The position numbers and the translations under genes were made by a program. DNA of 64,000 bases from an uncultured Synergistaceae bacterium (GTDB taxonomy: Bacteria > Synergistota > Synergistia > Synergistales > 79-D21), in contig CAZFSR010000009.1 of NCBI GenBank assembly GCA_964521575.1, forward strand, positions 10,055 to 74,054, in the 5' to 3' direction. The notes beneath the pieces were generated by a model. It worked only from the letters and a program-made list of their open reading frames with translations, did not search any database and was not told where the DNA came from. Below, one piece after another: positions 37,866 through 47,225 of this stretch; within the stretch, counting starts at the first letter, position 1, and each line of letters starts with the position of its first letter.

Positions 37866-38695
37866 GACCCACCTAGAAATTTTCCGGCGAACAATATAGA
37901 TTTGAATGCGTCTCTTAAAAGAAAAGCTTTGCCCCACAGACGGTCGATTGTTTTCCCTGAAGGAGATTCAGCGCTCCAACTGATAAAATCGTTTATTACG
38001 GATTTCCTGTCCGCCAATTCAGCCCGGTAAGCCTCTTTAGAGGGCAAAACTCCCCTGAGGCTGTTATAGGCATCATCCCGGTAATAGAGACGGGGTTCGT
38101 TGTCGTAGGCGAAGTCGGTCAGGGAGGCAACGCGAAGCCATAGAGCATAATCGTTGCTATTTTTGAAATCTGGTTTTTCGGGGAAACCGAACACCTTGTC
38201 AATTAAAGAACGATTTATCATGGCCGAACTGCAGATGACCCAATTCGATCTAAGGATTTTTTCTAGGCTTATGGCTGGAATTCGGAAATCTTGATATAGC
38301 CCCGTGACAGAACCATCTTTTCGAAGCCGGAGTGCGTTGGTGGAGCAGGCGAGCAAGCCGGTTTCTTTCACCAGGTTTATTTGCCTTTCAAGCTTGTCTG
38401 GGAACCAGATGTCATCGCTATCAAGAAAGGCGAGCCATTCTCCCCGAGCGGAAAGGATTCCCCTGTTCCTTGCGGGGGCTGGTCTTCCTGAATGTTGCCC
38501 GGGGATCCACCGGAGTTTTGGGTTGCACAAACTGGCGATCCTATTCCTGGAGTCATCCGTAGAACCATCATCACAAACAAGAACCTCGATATCCTCAACA
38601 GTCTGGGCAAGAGCGCTTTCGACTGCCTTGAAAAGGAGTTCGGCTCGATTATATGTAGGGATAATGACCGAGACTTGAGGAATCAATCGGTGCAC
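37862..38695 (-). CDS. glycosyltransferase family 2 (inverted within the cluster)
   Basis: VSVIIPTYN, CDDGSTD, ARNRG, FLDSDD; GTG start inferred. Confidence 0.85.
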   Translation of the reverse strand: MHRLIPQVSVIIPTYNRAELLFKAVESALAQTVEDIEVLVCDDGSTDDSRNRIASLCNPKLRWIPGQHSGRPAPARNRGILSARGEWLAFLDSDDIWFPDKLERQINLVKETGLLACSTNALRLRKDGSVTGLYQDFRIPAISLEKILRSNWVICSSAMINRSLIDKVFGFPEKPDFKNSNDYALWLRVASLTDFAYDNEPRLYYRDDAYNSLRGVLPSKEAYRAELADRKSVINDFISWSAESPSGKTIDRLWGKAFLLRDAFKSILFAGKFLGGS

Positions 38696-38788
38696 CCCCG
38701 TTCCATTCTTTATCTTACGGATTACATTATGTTTTTCAAGTGCCTGAGTGGGTGAAGAAGCGACTGGAGCCAAAGAGAGGGTTTGTTT

Positions 38789-40333
38789 ATGGGAGAAGAA
38801 GCAGGGACAAGGCAGGCGAAGAGGGAAGTTCGACACCCGGAAGCTTTAGGACGGATTGCTCTTTTCTCGGTCATTTTGTCCATACTAGGTCGATGCCTGG
38901 GCTATGTGCGGACCTTGATCGTTGCCTATTTCTTCGGGGTTACTCCACTTATGGATGCTTTCTCTATTGCCATGGGTATTACTGAATTTTTTGCCGCAAC
39001 AATCCGATCGTCTTTGCAGATGGCCCTGCTTCCGCAACTTTCGGTAGCACAACTCAGGGGGGGTGAGGAGGAAACCAGGCCACTAATGGGTTTTATTTCA
39101 CGCATAGTCCTTGTCTTGGCAGTGTTCTTTCTTTTCTTCTCGCTTCTTTTCCCTGTCCAGGTCGTCAGGATGTTCGCTTATGGCTTTACAGGACCTGTCC
39201 TGCAGTTATCGGCATTAACCCTGCGCCTTCTTTCTTTCTATTTGGTTGGATACACGGGCTATTGCCTTTACTCCGTCTGGGCTTTCCACAACAGGCGATA
39301 TCTCTTGCCCTCTGTACTCGAGGCAACTCTCAACATCCTGACGGTTATTTTCTTTATGCTTATCATGACCTTATCGAAATCTAAGGCACTTCCACTTTCG
39401 GTTGGATTGGCCTGGTGCATTCTTCTGCTTTCTATGGCGTTCCTTCAGCGAGATTTTCCCTGGAATGCAAGTCAGTACATGCCACATCATTTTAAGAAAT
39501 TTTCGAAAAACTTTATTTTTTGCCTGGGGTTGGTTGGATCGGGGGCACTCTACCAGGCCACGGACCGCTTTTTTGCTTCGCTTCTGCAGGGCGGTTCAGT
39601 CGCCGTGCTCAATTATTCAATCTTCTTGTTGTGGGTTCCTTTGGCGTTGTTGGAACCGGCTTTTCAGATTTTTTTCGCGGATATAGTTCATCTTCACTAC
39701 GATGGTCCAGAAAGGGCGCGTTTACGAATTTACGAAGCGATATCATTAGCCTTTTTTTACGGGATTCCGCTATCGATGTTTTTTCTCCTTTTTTCCCCGA
39801 GTGCCGTTAAGGCTTTGTTCGGGTACGGGGCTTTCGATAGCAATGCGGTTTCAAATACTGCAGCCTGCCTTGCGGCATATGGTGCAGGATTTGCCTTTAC
39901 TGCTGGGAACCACTTGCTTTGGAGGTACGGCCATGCTGCTGGGCGAAGTGGAGAGCTGCTTCTCATTGCATATCTATCTGTTCTTGCTAACGCAGTTCTG
40001 GATTGGGGCTTATCTCGAATATTCGGGGTCGCTGGTATTGCAATAGCGACAACGATTGTTACGAGCTTTACGTTTTGTTTGTTCATTTTACGGTTCATGG
40101 GTAAGGAATACTTCATCCCCCTTTTGCGACGTGCGGGTCTCTTCCTAATCCTTTCTATGCCATGGTTTTTTTGGGCCGGATTGCTCTGGCTTTCTTCGCC
40201 AATCCTAAAGTTCATTTCCGGAATTCTGGCATCATTTGCGGCTTTTTTCTTTTCAGAATACTGGTTGGGCAAATGGGAAATAAATCTGGAAGGAACCCCA
40301 ACTTTGCTGTTGAAAATGTTAAGAAGGAAATAG
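38789..40333 (+). CDS. MurJ/MviN-like (MOP superfamily) flippase
   Basis: LGRCLGYVR...DAF, TDRFFASLL, LFGYGAFD, GIAIATT; many TMs. Confidence 0.75.
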   Translation: MGEEAGTRQAKREVRHPEALGRIALFSVILSILGRCLGYVRTLIVAYFFGVTPLMDAFSIAMGITEFFAATIRSSLQMALLPQLSVAQLRGGEEETRPLMGFISRIVLVLAVFFLFFSLLFPVQVVRMFAYGFTGPVLQLSALTLRLLSFYLVGYTGYCLYSVWAFHNRRYLLPSVLEATLNILTVIFFMLIMTLSKSKALPLSVGLAWCILLLSMAFLQRDFPWNASQYMPHHFKKFSKNFIFCLGLVGSGALYQATDRFFASLLQGGSVAVLNYSIFLLWVPLALLEPAFQIFFADIVHLHYDGPERARLRIYEAISLAFFYGIPLSMFFLLFSPSAVKALFGYGAFDSNAVSNTAACLAAYGAGFAFTAGNHLLWRYGHAAGRSGELLLIAYLSVLANAVLDWGLSRIFGVAGIAIATTIVTSFTFCLFILRFMGKEYFIPLLRRAGLFLILSMPWFFWAGLLWLSSPILKFISGILASFAAFFFSEYWLGKWEINLEGTPTLLLKMLRRK

Positions 40334-40429
40334 TGGTCTTAGTCGGCATCTCACGGGAGCTTGCTGTTAATTCGTGTTAAAATATAAATTAGATCCTTCT
40401 GTATAATAAAGTGAAAGGAGGCATCCCTC

Positions 40430-40873
40430 ATGCTCAAGGACTTCAAGACCTTCATCCTGCGCGGGAACATGATGGACCTGGCGATCGGGATTATCCTGGG
40501 CGGGGCGTTTGGCGCCATCATCAAGTCCCTGGTGGAGGACGTCCTGATGCCGCCCATCGGCCTGGCTTTGGGGAACACGGATTTCACGGGCCTCTTCGTC
40601 GTCCTGAAAGAAGGAACGGCTCCCGGGCCTTACGCGTCGCTGGCAGCGGCAAAGGCGGCGGGAGCGGTCACCCTGAACTACGGGCTCTTCTTCACTGCCA
40701 TCGTCAATTTCCTGATTATCGGTTTCTGCATCTTTCTCATCGTCCGCTGGCTGAACAGGCTCATGCCGAAGCCGGAACCGGCCCCGGCGCCAGCCATGAA
40801 GGACTGCCCGTTCTGTCTTTCCAGCATCCCTGCCGGAGCGAAACGCTGCCCGCACTGCACGTCCGAGCTTTAA
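40430..40873 (+). CDS. mscL: large-conductance mechanosensitive channel with C-terminal CxxC-CxxC extension
   Basis: DFKTFILRGNMMDLAIGIILGGAFG, LNYGLF, VNFLI; tail CPFC...CPHC. Confidence 0.95.
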   Translation: MLKDFKTFILRGNMMDLAIGIILGGAFGAIIKSLVEDVLMPPIGLALGNTDFTGLFVVLKEGTAPGPYASLAAAKAAGAVTLNYGLFFTAIVNFLIIGFCIFLIVRWLNRLMPKPEPAPAPAMKDCPFCLSSIPAGAKRCPHCTSEL

Positions 40874-40919
40874 CCGCGGCGATACCGGACTGCTGGGCAA
40901 CTGGTTTTTGGTCCGTCCC

Positions 40920-40944
40920 GGGGGTTCCTGCCAAAGGAACCCCC
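40920..40944 (+). terminator. stem-loop after mscL
   Basis: GGGGGTTCCT-GCCAA-AGGAACCCCC; weak T tail. Confidence 0.55.
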
Positions 40945-41054
40945 TTCACAATGTGTACATCCCCCTGCCTGCGGCTGTATAATCCGGACATATCCGTTGC
41001 CTCCGGGTAAAAAGTAAACCTCACTTAAACTTCTTAGAAGGAGCGTGCGTTTTC

Positions 41055-42158
41055 ATGTTCACGGATTTGCTGACCGCCCTGGCCGTCGTCATCAACGGCA
41101 TCCCGCAGGGCATCCTGGCCCTGAGTTTCGGCTTCGCGGCCCTCCCCACGTCCCTGGCCTTCCTGGTGGGTATCGCCGGTTCCCTGGCCTTCAACTCGGT
41201 GGCCACAATCAGCTTCCAGGCTGAGACGATCACCCTGGCGGGGTCCCTCGGCCGGAACATCAGGGAGCGGCTGAGCCTGGTGTTCTGGGGCGGCATCTTC
41301 CTCCTCATTCCCTCGGTCCTGGGCATGAACGAGGCGATCGTGGCCTTCATCGGCCCCACCATCGTCACGTCGATGATGGCCGGCGTCGGCATCATGCTGG
41401 CCTTCGTGGCGGTCAACCTGTACGCCTCCGAGAAGTTCTCCGGTGCGGTCTCCTTCGTTTCGGCCCTGGCGGTCTGGTTCATCACGAAGGACCTGGCCAA
41501 GACGATCATCGTGTCGGTGCTGGCCTCGACCGCGGTCTACAACTATCTGCGCTACGTGGCGAAGAAGGACGTGGACGCTCCGGAGATCCACATGGAAAAC
41601 GAGCGTTTCCACTTCGGGAACATCGAGTGGTGCTTCTGGCGCAACCGGGCGGTTTTCCTCGGAGCGCTCGGCATCGCCTGCCTGAACATCGGGGCGAACA
41701 TCTCCTTCGGCAAGATCACGGGCAGCATCGCCAACGTGAACACGAACATCGACCACCTGGCGATCTACTCGAGCGTGGCGGACATCCTTTCGACCCTCTT
41801 CGGAGGCGGCCCGGTCGAGGCCATCATCTCCGGCACCGCCACGGCCCCGAACCCGCTGCGTTCCTCGGTGCTGATGATGGGCATCATGGCGGCGATCCTG
41901 CTTTTCAAGCTCCTGCCGGTGATCGGGCGGTACGTGCACCGGTCCTCGATCGCAGGGTTCCTGTTTATCCTGGGGACGTTCGTGACTTTCGCGACGAACA
42001 TCCAGGGCGCCATCGCCACGGCACCGACCTTTGCCGGACCTTACGGCTTCTCCCCCTGGGGGATGGTCATCGGTGCCACCACGCTGGTTTCGGCCCGCTG
42101 GAACCCGTTCTACGGACTGCTGGCCGGGCTGGGCATCAAGCTGTTCTTCCAGCTTTAA
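41055..42158 (+). CDS. NCS2/AzgA-like nucleobase permease
   Basis: Polytopic membrane protein (ISFQAET, GGGPVEAIISGT) co-transcribed with a purine PRTase. Confidence 0.7.
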   Translation: MFTDLLTALAVVINGIPQGILALSFGFAALPTSLAFLVGIAGSLAFNSVATISFQAETITLAGSLGRNIRERLSLVFWGGIFLLIPSVLGMNEAIVAFIGPTIVTSMMAGVGIMLAFVAVNLYASEKFSGAVSFVSALAVWFITKDLAKTIIVSVLASTAVYNYLRYVAKKDVDAPEIHMENERFHFGNIEWCFWRNRAVFLGALGIACLNIGANISFGKITGSIANVNTNIDHLAIYSSVADILSTLFGGGPVEAIISGTATAPNPLRSSVLMMGIMAAILLFKLLPVIGRYVHRSSIAGFLFILGTFVTFATNIQGAIATAPTFAGPYGFSPWGMVIGATTLVSARWNPFYGLLAGLGIKLFFQL

Positions 42159-42170
42159 GCGGTACGGACG

Positions 42171-42716
42171 ATGCCTGAATTCTACGAGCTGAAAGTGGCG
42201 GGGCTCACCCGCCGCCTCAAGAAGGTGCGGGTGGCGGACCACCTGGTGATCGCGTCGTTCGTCATGCTGGGGGACACGAAGCTGATCGAGGCTTGCGCGG
42301 ACGCCCTGCTCCCGCTTCTTCCCAAGGAGAAAATCGACATGCTGGTCTGCCTGGAGGCAAAGGGCATCCCCCTGACCCACGCCTTGGCGGTTCGGCTCGG
42401 CGTGGACTACATCACGGTCCGCAAGTCCGTGAAGAGCTACATGGAGAACCCCCTCGTGGTGGAGGTCCAGTCCATCACCACCGCCGGGAAGCAGGTGCTC
42501 GTCATGGACGGCGTTGACCGCGCCAAGGTGGAGGGACGTCGCATCTGCGTCGTGGATGACGTGGTTTCCACGGGCGGATCCCTGAGGTCGGTGGAGAAGC
42601 TGCTGGCTACGGCGGGGGCCGAGGTGGTTTCCAAGACCGCGGTGCTGCTTGAAGAGGGCGGCTATGACGGATCCGACCTCGTCTACCTGGAAAGGCTGCC
42701 GGTTTTCCCGGACTGA
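42171..42716 (+). CDS. purine phosphoribosyltransferase (Apt/Xpt-like)
   Basis: EAKGIP, RK, VVDDVVSTGGS PRPP-binding motif. Confidence 0.88.
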   Translation: MPEFYELKVAGLTRRLKKVRVADHLVIASFVMLGDTKLIEACADALLPLLPKEKIDMLVCLEAKGIPLTHALAVRLGVDYITVRKSVKSYMENPLVVEVQSITTAGKQVLVMDGVDRAKVEGRRICVVDDVVSTGGSLRSVEKLLATAGAEVVSKTAVLLEEGGYDGSDLVYLERLPVFPD

Positions 42717-42737
42717 AAGGTGCGTCTTAGGTTTTGT

Positions 42738-42763
42738 CAGGGGGGCGAAAGCCCCCCTTTTTC
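42738..42763 (+). repeat. left 26-bp direct repeat (terminator) of the NRPS cassette
   Basis: CAGGGGGGCGAAAGCCCCCCTTTTTC, identical to 48699-48724. Confidence 0.92.
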
Positions 42764-42846
42764 TTTCCCCTGCCCCGCTGATTGCTGTAACGGGTCTTTG
42801 TTTGGTAAGCTGGCTCAATGAAAGCAGGGTGACTGGGGGGAGTGTT

Positions 42847-43881
42847 ATGGGTTTGAGAGAAAGGTTCCCGCGCATTGTGGCGTTCATCATGAAGATCGGG
42901 TGCCTGGCTTTTCTTTTTTCCGGTGCCCTGCCAGTGGAGGCGGCATCATCCGCTTTGACCCCCATCCGTGCGGTGGTTCTGCCCTATATTACTTTTGCGC
43001 CGTTCTTCATCGCCAAGGACGAGGGGTATTTCGAGAAGGAGGGTCTGGACGTCGAGTTTGTCAGGCTGGTCCAGCCGATGGCGGGAGTGGCCGAGGTGGC
43101 CAAAGGCAGCATCGACATGACCCAGGTTGGCACGCGTGTCGGGATATTCAACGCTATGGGCCGGGGCGCAAACCTCCGCATCGTGGCGGACAAGGGCGGC
43201 TTTGCGGGGGAAAAAACGGCAACCAGCGGATTCCTGATCCGGAAGGAATTGCTTGACGCCAAGGGCAAACCTGACTGGGAGCGGATCAAAGGGCGGAAGG
43301 TCTCCGTGGATCCCACCAGCTTCTGGGGGTTCCTCTTCGAAAAGTACCTGTCTCGAAACGGCCTGAAGATGTCGGACTTCGATATCGAGGATTTGCCTGT
43401 AACGGTTCTGCCCGGGGCTTTCGATCAAGGGAACGTGGCGATCGCCCACGTTACCGAGCCCTGGGTTACGAAAATCACCCGCGGAGGGAAGGTCGTGCTG
43501 CTCGTGGCAGACGCCAGCCTGTCGCCGAACGCGCATTTCTCGGGAATCTGTTTTGGCCCCTCCCTGCTGGAAGGGAATCCCGAGGCAGGGGAGAGGTTCA
43601 TGGTGGCCTACCTTAAGGGTGTCCGCCAGTACAACAAGGGAAAAACGGACCGGAACATCGGGATCATCGCCAGGAACACCGGCCTGGACAGCCGAAGTGT
43701 CGCCGAGTCGGCGTGGCCGGCAATTCGCAACGACGGCCAAATGGATATCTCCGGCTTTGTCGAGTTTCAGCGGTGGGCAAAGGGAAAAGGATATCTTGAT
43801 GTCGTCGTCCCTGCTGAGAAAATCTGGGATCCCCGCTTCGTCGAACAAGCTAACCGCAAGCTGGGCGGTAAGAACCCCTGA
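42847..43881 (+). CDS. ABC substrate-binding protein, NMT1/SsuA/TauA-like
   Basis: Signal peptide; APFFIAKDEGYFEKEGLDVEF, GSID, FMVAYLKG; GGGGAG RBS at ATG 42847. Confidence 0.85.
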   Translation: MGLRERFPRIVAFIMKIGCLAFLFSGALPVEAASSALTPIRAVVLPYITFAPFFIAKDEGYFEKEGLDVEFVRLVQPMAGVAEVAKGSIDMTQVGTRVGIFNAMGRGANLRIVADKGGFAGEKTATSGFLIRKELLDAKGKPDWERIKGRKVSVDPTSFWGFLFEKYLSRNGLKMSDFDIEDLPVTVLPGAFDQGNVAIAHVTEPWVTKITRGGKVVLLVADASLSPNAHFSGICFGPSLLEGNPEAGERFMVAYLKGVRQYNKGKTDRNIGIIARNTGLDSRSVAESAWPAIRNDGQMDISGFVEFQRWAKGKGYLDVVVPAEKIWDPRFVEQANRKLGGKNP

Positions 43882-43882
43882 A

Positions 43883-46429
43883 ATGGAACTCGACGCCTAT
43901 CTCTCCAGGGGCTTTTGGGAAAGATTCGTAGAGATCGCCGACCGTTTTCCCGATATCCCGGCCTGGTCGCGGGAAGGGGAGAGCCTCGCCTACGGGGAGA
44001 TCCTTTCCCGGGCGGAAGACTTGGCCGGGCAGCTGGACAAGGTTACGCACGGCATTCGCGGGCTTGTGGTCGAAGTGGAGGCGACGCTGGTTCCGGGCAG
44101 CATCGTTTCTTTCCTGGCGGTTCTCAAGGCAGGGGCCGTCATCTTACCGGTGGATCCGGCCTTTCCCCTGGATTTTCGGCAGGAGATCCGCCGGCAGGTT
44201 TCCCCCATTGCCCGCCTGGAGGCAGGCGATGGCCCGGGAGATGTCTTTTTGCGACAGGACAAAATTCACGGTCCGGAGGGACCGCCCGTTCCTTTTGCAC
44301 CCGAAGATGCGGCCGTACTTCTCTGGACCTCGGGCTCCACAGGAAAGCCGAAAGGGATTCTTCTACCCCAGCAGGCTTTCCTCCTTGATGCGTGGAACCG
44401 CGTCAGGGATTATCACGTTCGAGCCGGCGACAGGGTCGCATGGACTGCCCCGCCTGTCCTTGCGGGACCCATCGGGATGCTTTGCTTCTCTCTCCTCGGT
44501 GGTGCGACGCTCGTTCCTTTCCCCCTGAAATCGATCGATGCGGGCGCCCTTTCCGGGCTTCTCCGCAGGGAGCGGGTAAGCTACTTCAATCCCCCGGTTT
44601 CCTATTTCAGGCAGTGGATGCTTGCCGAGGACGGCAAAGGATCCTTGCCCGACTTGCGCACGGTTGTCCTAGGCGGGCAGCCCGTTAGCTGGAAGGATGT
44701 CCGTGCCGTCCAGGGGAGCCTGTCCGAAGGAGCGAAACTGGTCCACCGCTACGCGGCCTCGGAAGCGGGCTTAATCTCCCAGGCCTTTTTCGACAGGTTT
44801 CATGCTACCGAAAACGAGGGGAGCGTACCGCTGGGATTTCCTCCCATGGGGAAGCGAACGGTCATCCTCGGGGAGGACGGAGCAATCCTGCCGGATGGGG
44901 AGATAGGTGAAATCGGTGTGGTCAGCCGCCACGGGGCGCTGGGGTATTGGAAGCGCCCCGACCTGAACAGTGAACGTTTTCGAAGGCTGCCCGGCGGGGA
45001 GACCCTGTTCCTCTCCGCAGACCTGGGCCGATTGAGGCCGGACGGCCAGCTGGAATTGCTTGGCAGAAGGGACGGCCAACTGAAAATCAGGGGCTTCCGG
45101 GTAGAGCCTGCCCAGGTCGAGGTGGCCTTGAGAAGCCTGCCCGGGGTGGCGGATGCGGTCCTGCTTCCGTGGGCCCCGCCTGCTACTCCCGAAGAAAATG
45201 AGCTTGTCGCCTACGTCGAGCCTGCCAGGGGTTCAAGGCTGGCTACCGACGGGTTGAGAGCCGGCCTCCGGGAAACCCTGCCAGAGTTCATGGTCCCTTC
45301 CAGGTACGTCCTGCTGGAAGAAATGCCGAGAACCCGGAACGGCAAGCCCGATCGTACTCGGCTCCCGGACCCGGGAACCTCCCGGCCGGACCTCACGGTG
45401 CGTTTTGTCCCGCCGGAAGGCAAGACGGAGGAGAGGCTTGCAGGGTTGTGGCACGAAGTGCTGGGGATCTCTCCCATCGGGGCGGAAGACGACTTTTTTG
45501 ATCTTGGGGGGCACTCCCTTTTGGCCGTTCGCTTGTTTTCCCGCATCGAAACGGTTTTCGGCAGGGACATTCCCCTGGCAGAGATGCTCCAGGCCAGAAC
45601 CGTGAGATCCATGGCGCGCCTGCTGGAGGCCCCGAAAGGTAAAAGGGAATGGAAGTGCCTTGTCCGGATCAACGTGGTGGGAAACCGGCCCAAGGTTTTT
45701 ATCGTTCATGGGGGTGGCGGCAATGTCCTTTGTTTTGCCCGGCTTGCGGCCCGCTTGACTGACTATGACGTATACGGTTTGCAGGCTCTGGGGCTGGACC
45801 GGCGCCACCTGCCCCAGCTTTCGGTGAGGGGGATGGCGGAGAGGTATGCGGCCGAAATCCGCGAGGAGCAGCCCCACGGCCCGTTTCGGATCGTCGGCTA
45901 TTCCTTTGGCAGTATCGTGGCCTTCGAACTGGCCCTTCTCCTGCAGGCCTCGGGTGAAGAGGTGGGCTTCCTGGGCCTGCTGGACAGGGCTATGCCTGCC
46001 CGGTCGTCCGCCCCTCCCCGCGCCAATCTCGTTTCGGAACTATGGGACCGGGCGACGACCCGCCTCAAGTTCCATTTGAGGCTTAATGCAGGGCGGCTTC
46101 TGCTGGGGGCAGGCCTGCCCGTTCCGTTCATGCAAAAAATCTACAATGCCGCGAACGGCTTCATGAGCCGGGGTTATGTCCCGCCGGCGGCATTCATGGG
46201 CAACATGGCCGTCTTCCAGACGGCGGAAAGACGAAACGAAGGGATCGATCCGGCTTCGGAGAGAGGATGGGGACCGCACGTAAAGGGGGAAACCCGGGTT
46301 TATGCCGTCCCGGGGACACATCACACCCTGCTTGATGATCCTCATGTCCGGGATGTAGCCAGGGTCCTTGATGCAGCCCTTGGCGAACCTTGTTCTTGTC
46401 CCCCCGGGGGGAAGTATCCGGGAAGTTGA
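43883..46429 (+). CDS. stand-alone NRPS-like enzyme, A-PCP-TE
   Basis: A3 WTSGSTGKPKG, A8 GRRDGQLKIRGFRVE, A10 NGK, PCP FFDLGGHSL, TE GYSFGS and GTHHTL. Confidence 0.92.
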   Translation: MELDAYLSRGFWERFVEIADRFPDIPAWSREGESLAYGEILSRAEDLAGQLDKVTHGIRGLVVEVEATLVPGSIVSFLAVLKAGAVILPVDPAFPLDFRQEIRRQVSPIARLEAGDGPGDVFLRQDKIHGPEGPPVPFAPEDAAVLLWTSGSTGKPKGILLPQQAFLLDAWNRVRDYHVRAGDRVAWTAPPVLAGPIGMLCFSLLGGATLVPFPLKSIDAGALSGLLRRERVSYFNPPVSYFRQWMLAEDGKGSLPDLRTVVLGGQPVSWKDVRAVQGSLSEGAKLVHRYAASEAGLISQAFFDRFHATENEGSVPLGFPPMGKRTVILGEDGAILPDGEIGEIGVVSRHGALGYWKRPDLNSERFRRLPGGETLFLSADLGRLRPDGQLELLGRRDGQLKIRGFRVEPAQVEVALRSLPGVADAVLLPWAPPATPEENELVAYVEPARGSRLATDGLRAGLRETLPEFMVPSRYVLLEEMPRTRNGKPDRTRLPDPGTSRPDLTVRFVPPEGKTEERLAGLWHEVLGISPIGAEDDFFDLGGHSLLAVRLFSRIETVFGRDIPLAEMLQARTVRSMARLLEAPKGKREWKCLVRINVVGNRPKVFIVHGGGGNVLCFARLAARLTDYDVYGLQALGLDRRHLPQLSVRGMAERYAAEIREEQPHGPFRIVGYSFGSIVAFELALLLQASGEEVGFLGLLDRAMPARSSAPPRANLVSELWDRATTRLKFHLRLNAGRLLLGAGLPVPFMQKIYNAANGFMSRGYVPPAAFMGNMAVFQTAERRNEGIDPASERGWGPHVKGETRVYAVPGTHHTLLDDPHVRDVARVLDAALGEPCSCPPGGKYPGS

Positions 46430-46442
46430 AGGAGACTTAGGC

Positions 46443-47225
46443 ATGTTGCACTGCAGGGGGCTTTCAAAACGTTTCGAGAGCGGGAACGGTTCCGTTACCG
46501 CCCTGGAGAGGGTCGACCTCGACCTGGCCGAAGGGGAGTTCCTGTGTGTTCTGGGCCCGTCCGGCTGCGGGAAGTCCACGCTCTTGCGGTTGGTGGCCGG
46601 GATCGTTCCCCCATCGGCAGGCAGCGTCGAGTTCGTTCCGGGATGCGGGCGTCCCCCGGGACGCCCCAGGTGCGCCATGGTGTTCCAGGAACACGGCTTG
46701 TTTCCCTGGATGACGGTTCTCGAAAACACGGGCTTCGGCCTGAAGATGCAGGGATTCGCACGGAAAGAGCGGGAAGCGATGTCGATAACCGTTCTGGAAC
46801 AGGTCGGCATGGGGGCCTTCGGGCGGCATTATCCCCACGAACTGTCGATGGGCATGCGCCAGCGTGTGGCGCTGGCCCGGGCTTTTGTTTCTTCCCCCGA
46901 TGTCCTCCTGATGGATGAGCCGTTTGCATCGCTGGACGCCCAGGCAAGGGCCGTCCTCCAGCAAGACCTGATTTCCTGGCAGGAAGATCGCGGCACGCCG
47001 GTCATTTTCATTACGCATGACATCGCTGAATCCCTTGTCCTTGCGGACCGGATCCTTGTCCTTTCGGCACGGCCTGGGAGGGTTTTGGCGAGCATCCCTC
47101 TGCCTCCGGGCCGAGGCCATTCGCCGGTGGCCGGTTTTGATCCCGATCTCGGGGCGATCGGCCGGGAGATCTGGGGCATGCTGGGGCAGGAATCCTGTCC
47201 CGAGCTGCAGGGTGCGATCTTTTGA
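46443..47225 (+). CDS. ABC ATP-binding protein (TauB/SsuB-like importer)
   Basis: GPSGCGKST, VFQEHGLFPW, ELSMGMRQR, LLMDEPF, FITHD. Confidence 0.92.
   Translation: MLHCRGLSKRFESGNGSVTALERVDLDLAEGEFLCVLGPSGCGKSTLLRLVAGIVPPSAGSVEFVPGCGRPPGRPRCAMVFQEHGLFPWMTVLENTGFGLKMQGFARKEREAMSITVLEQVGMGAFGRHYPHELSMGMRQRVALARAFVSSPDVLLMDEPFASLDAQARAVLQQDLISWQEDRGTPVIFITHDIAESLVLADRILVLSARPGRVLASIPLPPGRGHSPVAGFDPDLGAIGREIWGMLGQESCPELQGAIF

Larger units (their letters stand above)
31687..40400. other. lower-GC surface-glycan (fucose) biosynthesis block, probably horizontally acquired
   Basis: Spot count 27/60 GC at 39361-39420 versus 42/60 at 17041-17100 (tex); boundaries approximate. Confidence 0.7.

Noticed and set aside
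41034-42965. 643-aa minus-strand ORF
   Set aside because: Antisense shadow of the permease and PRTase in high-GC DNA; no motifs
43553-43882. N-terminal extension of the NRPS ORF
   Set aside because: Overlaps the SBP in another frame; ATG 43883 directly follows the SBP stop
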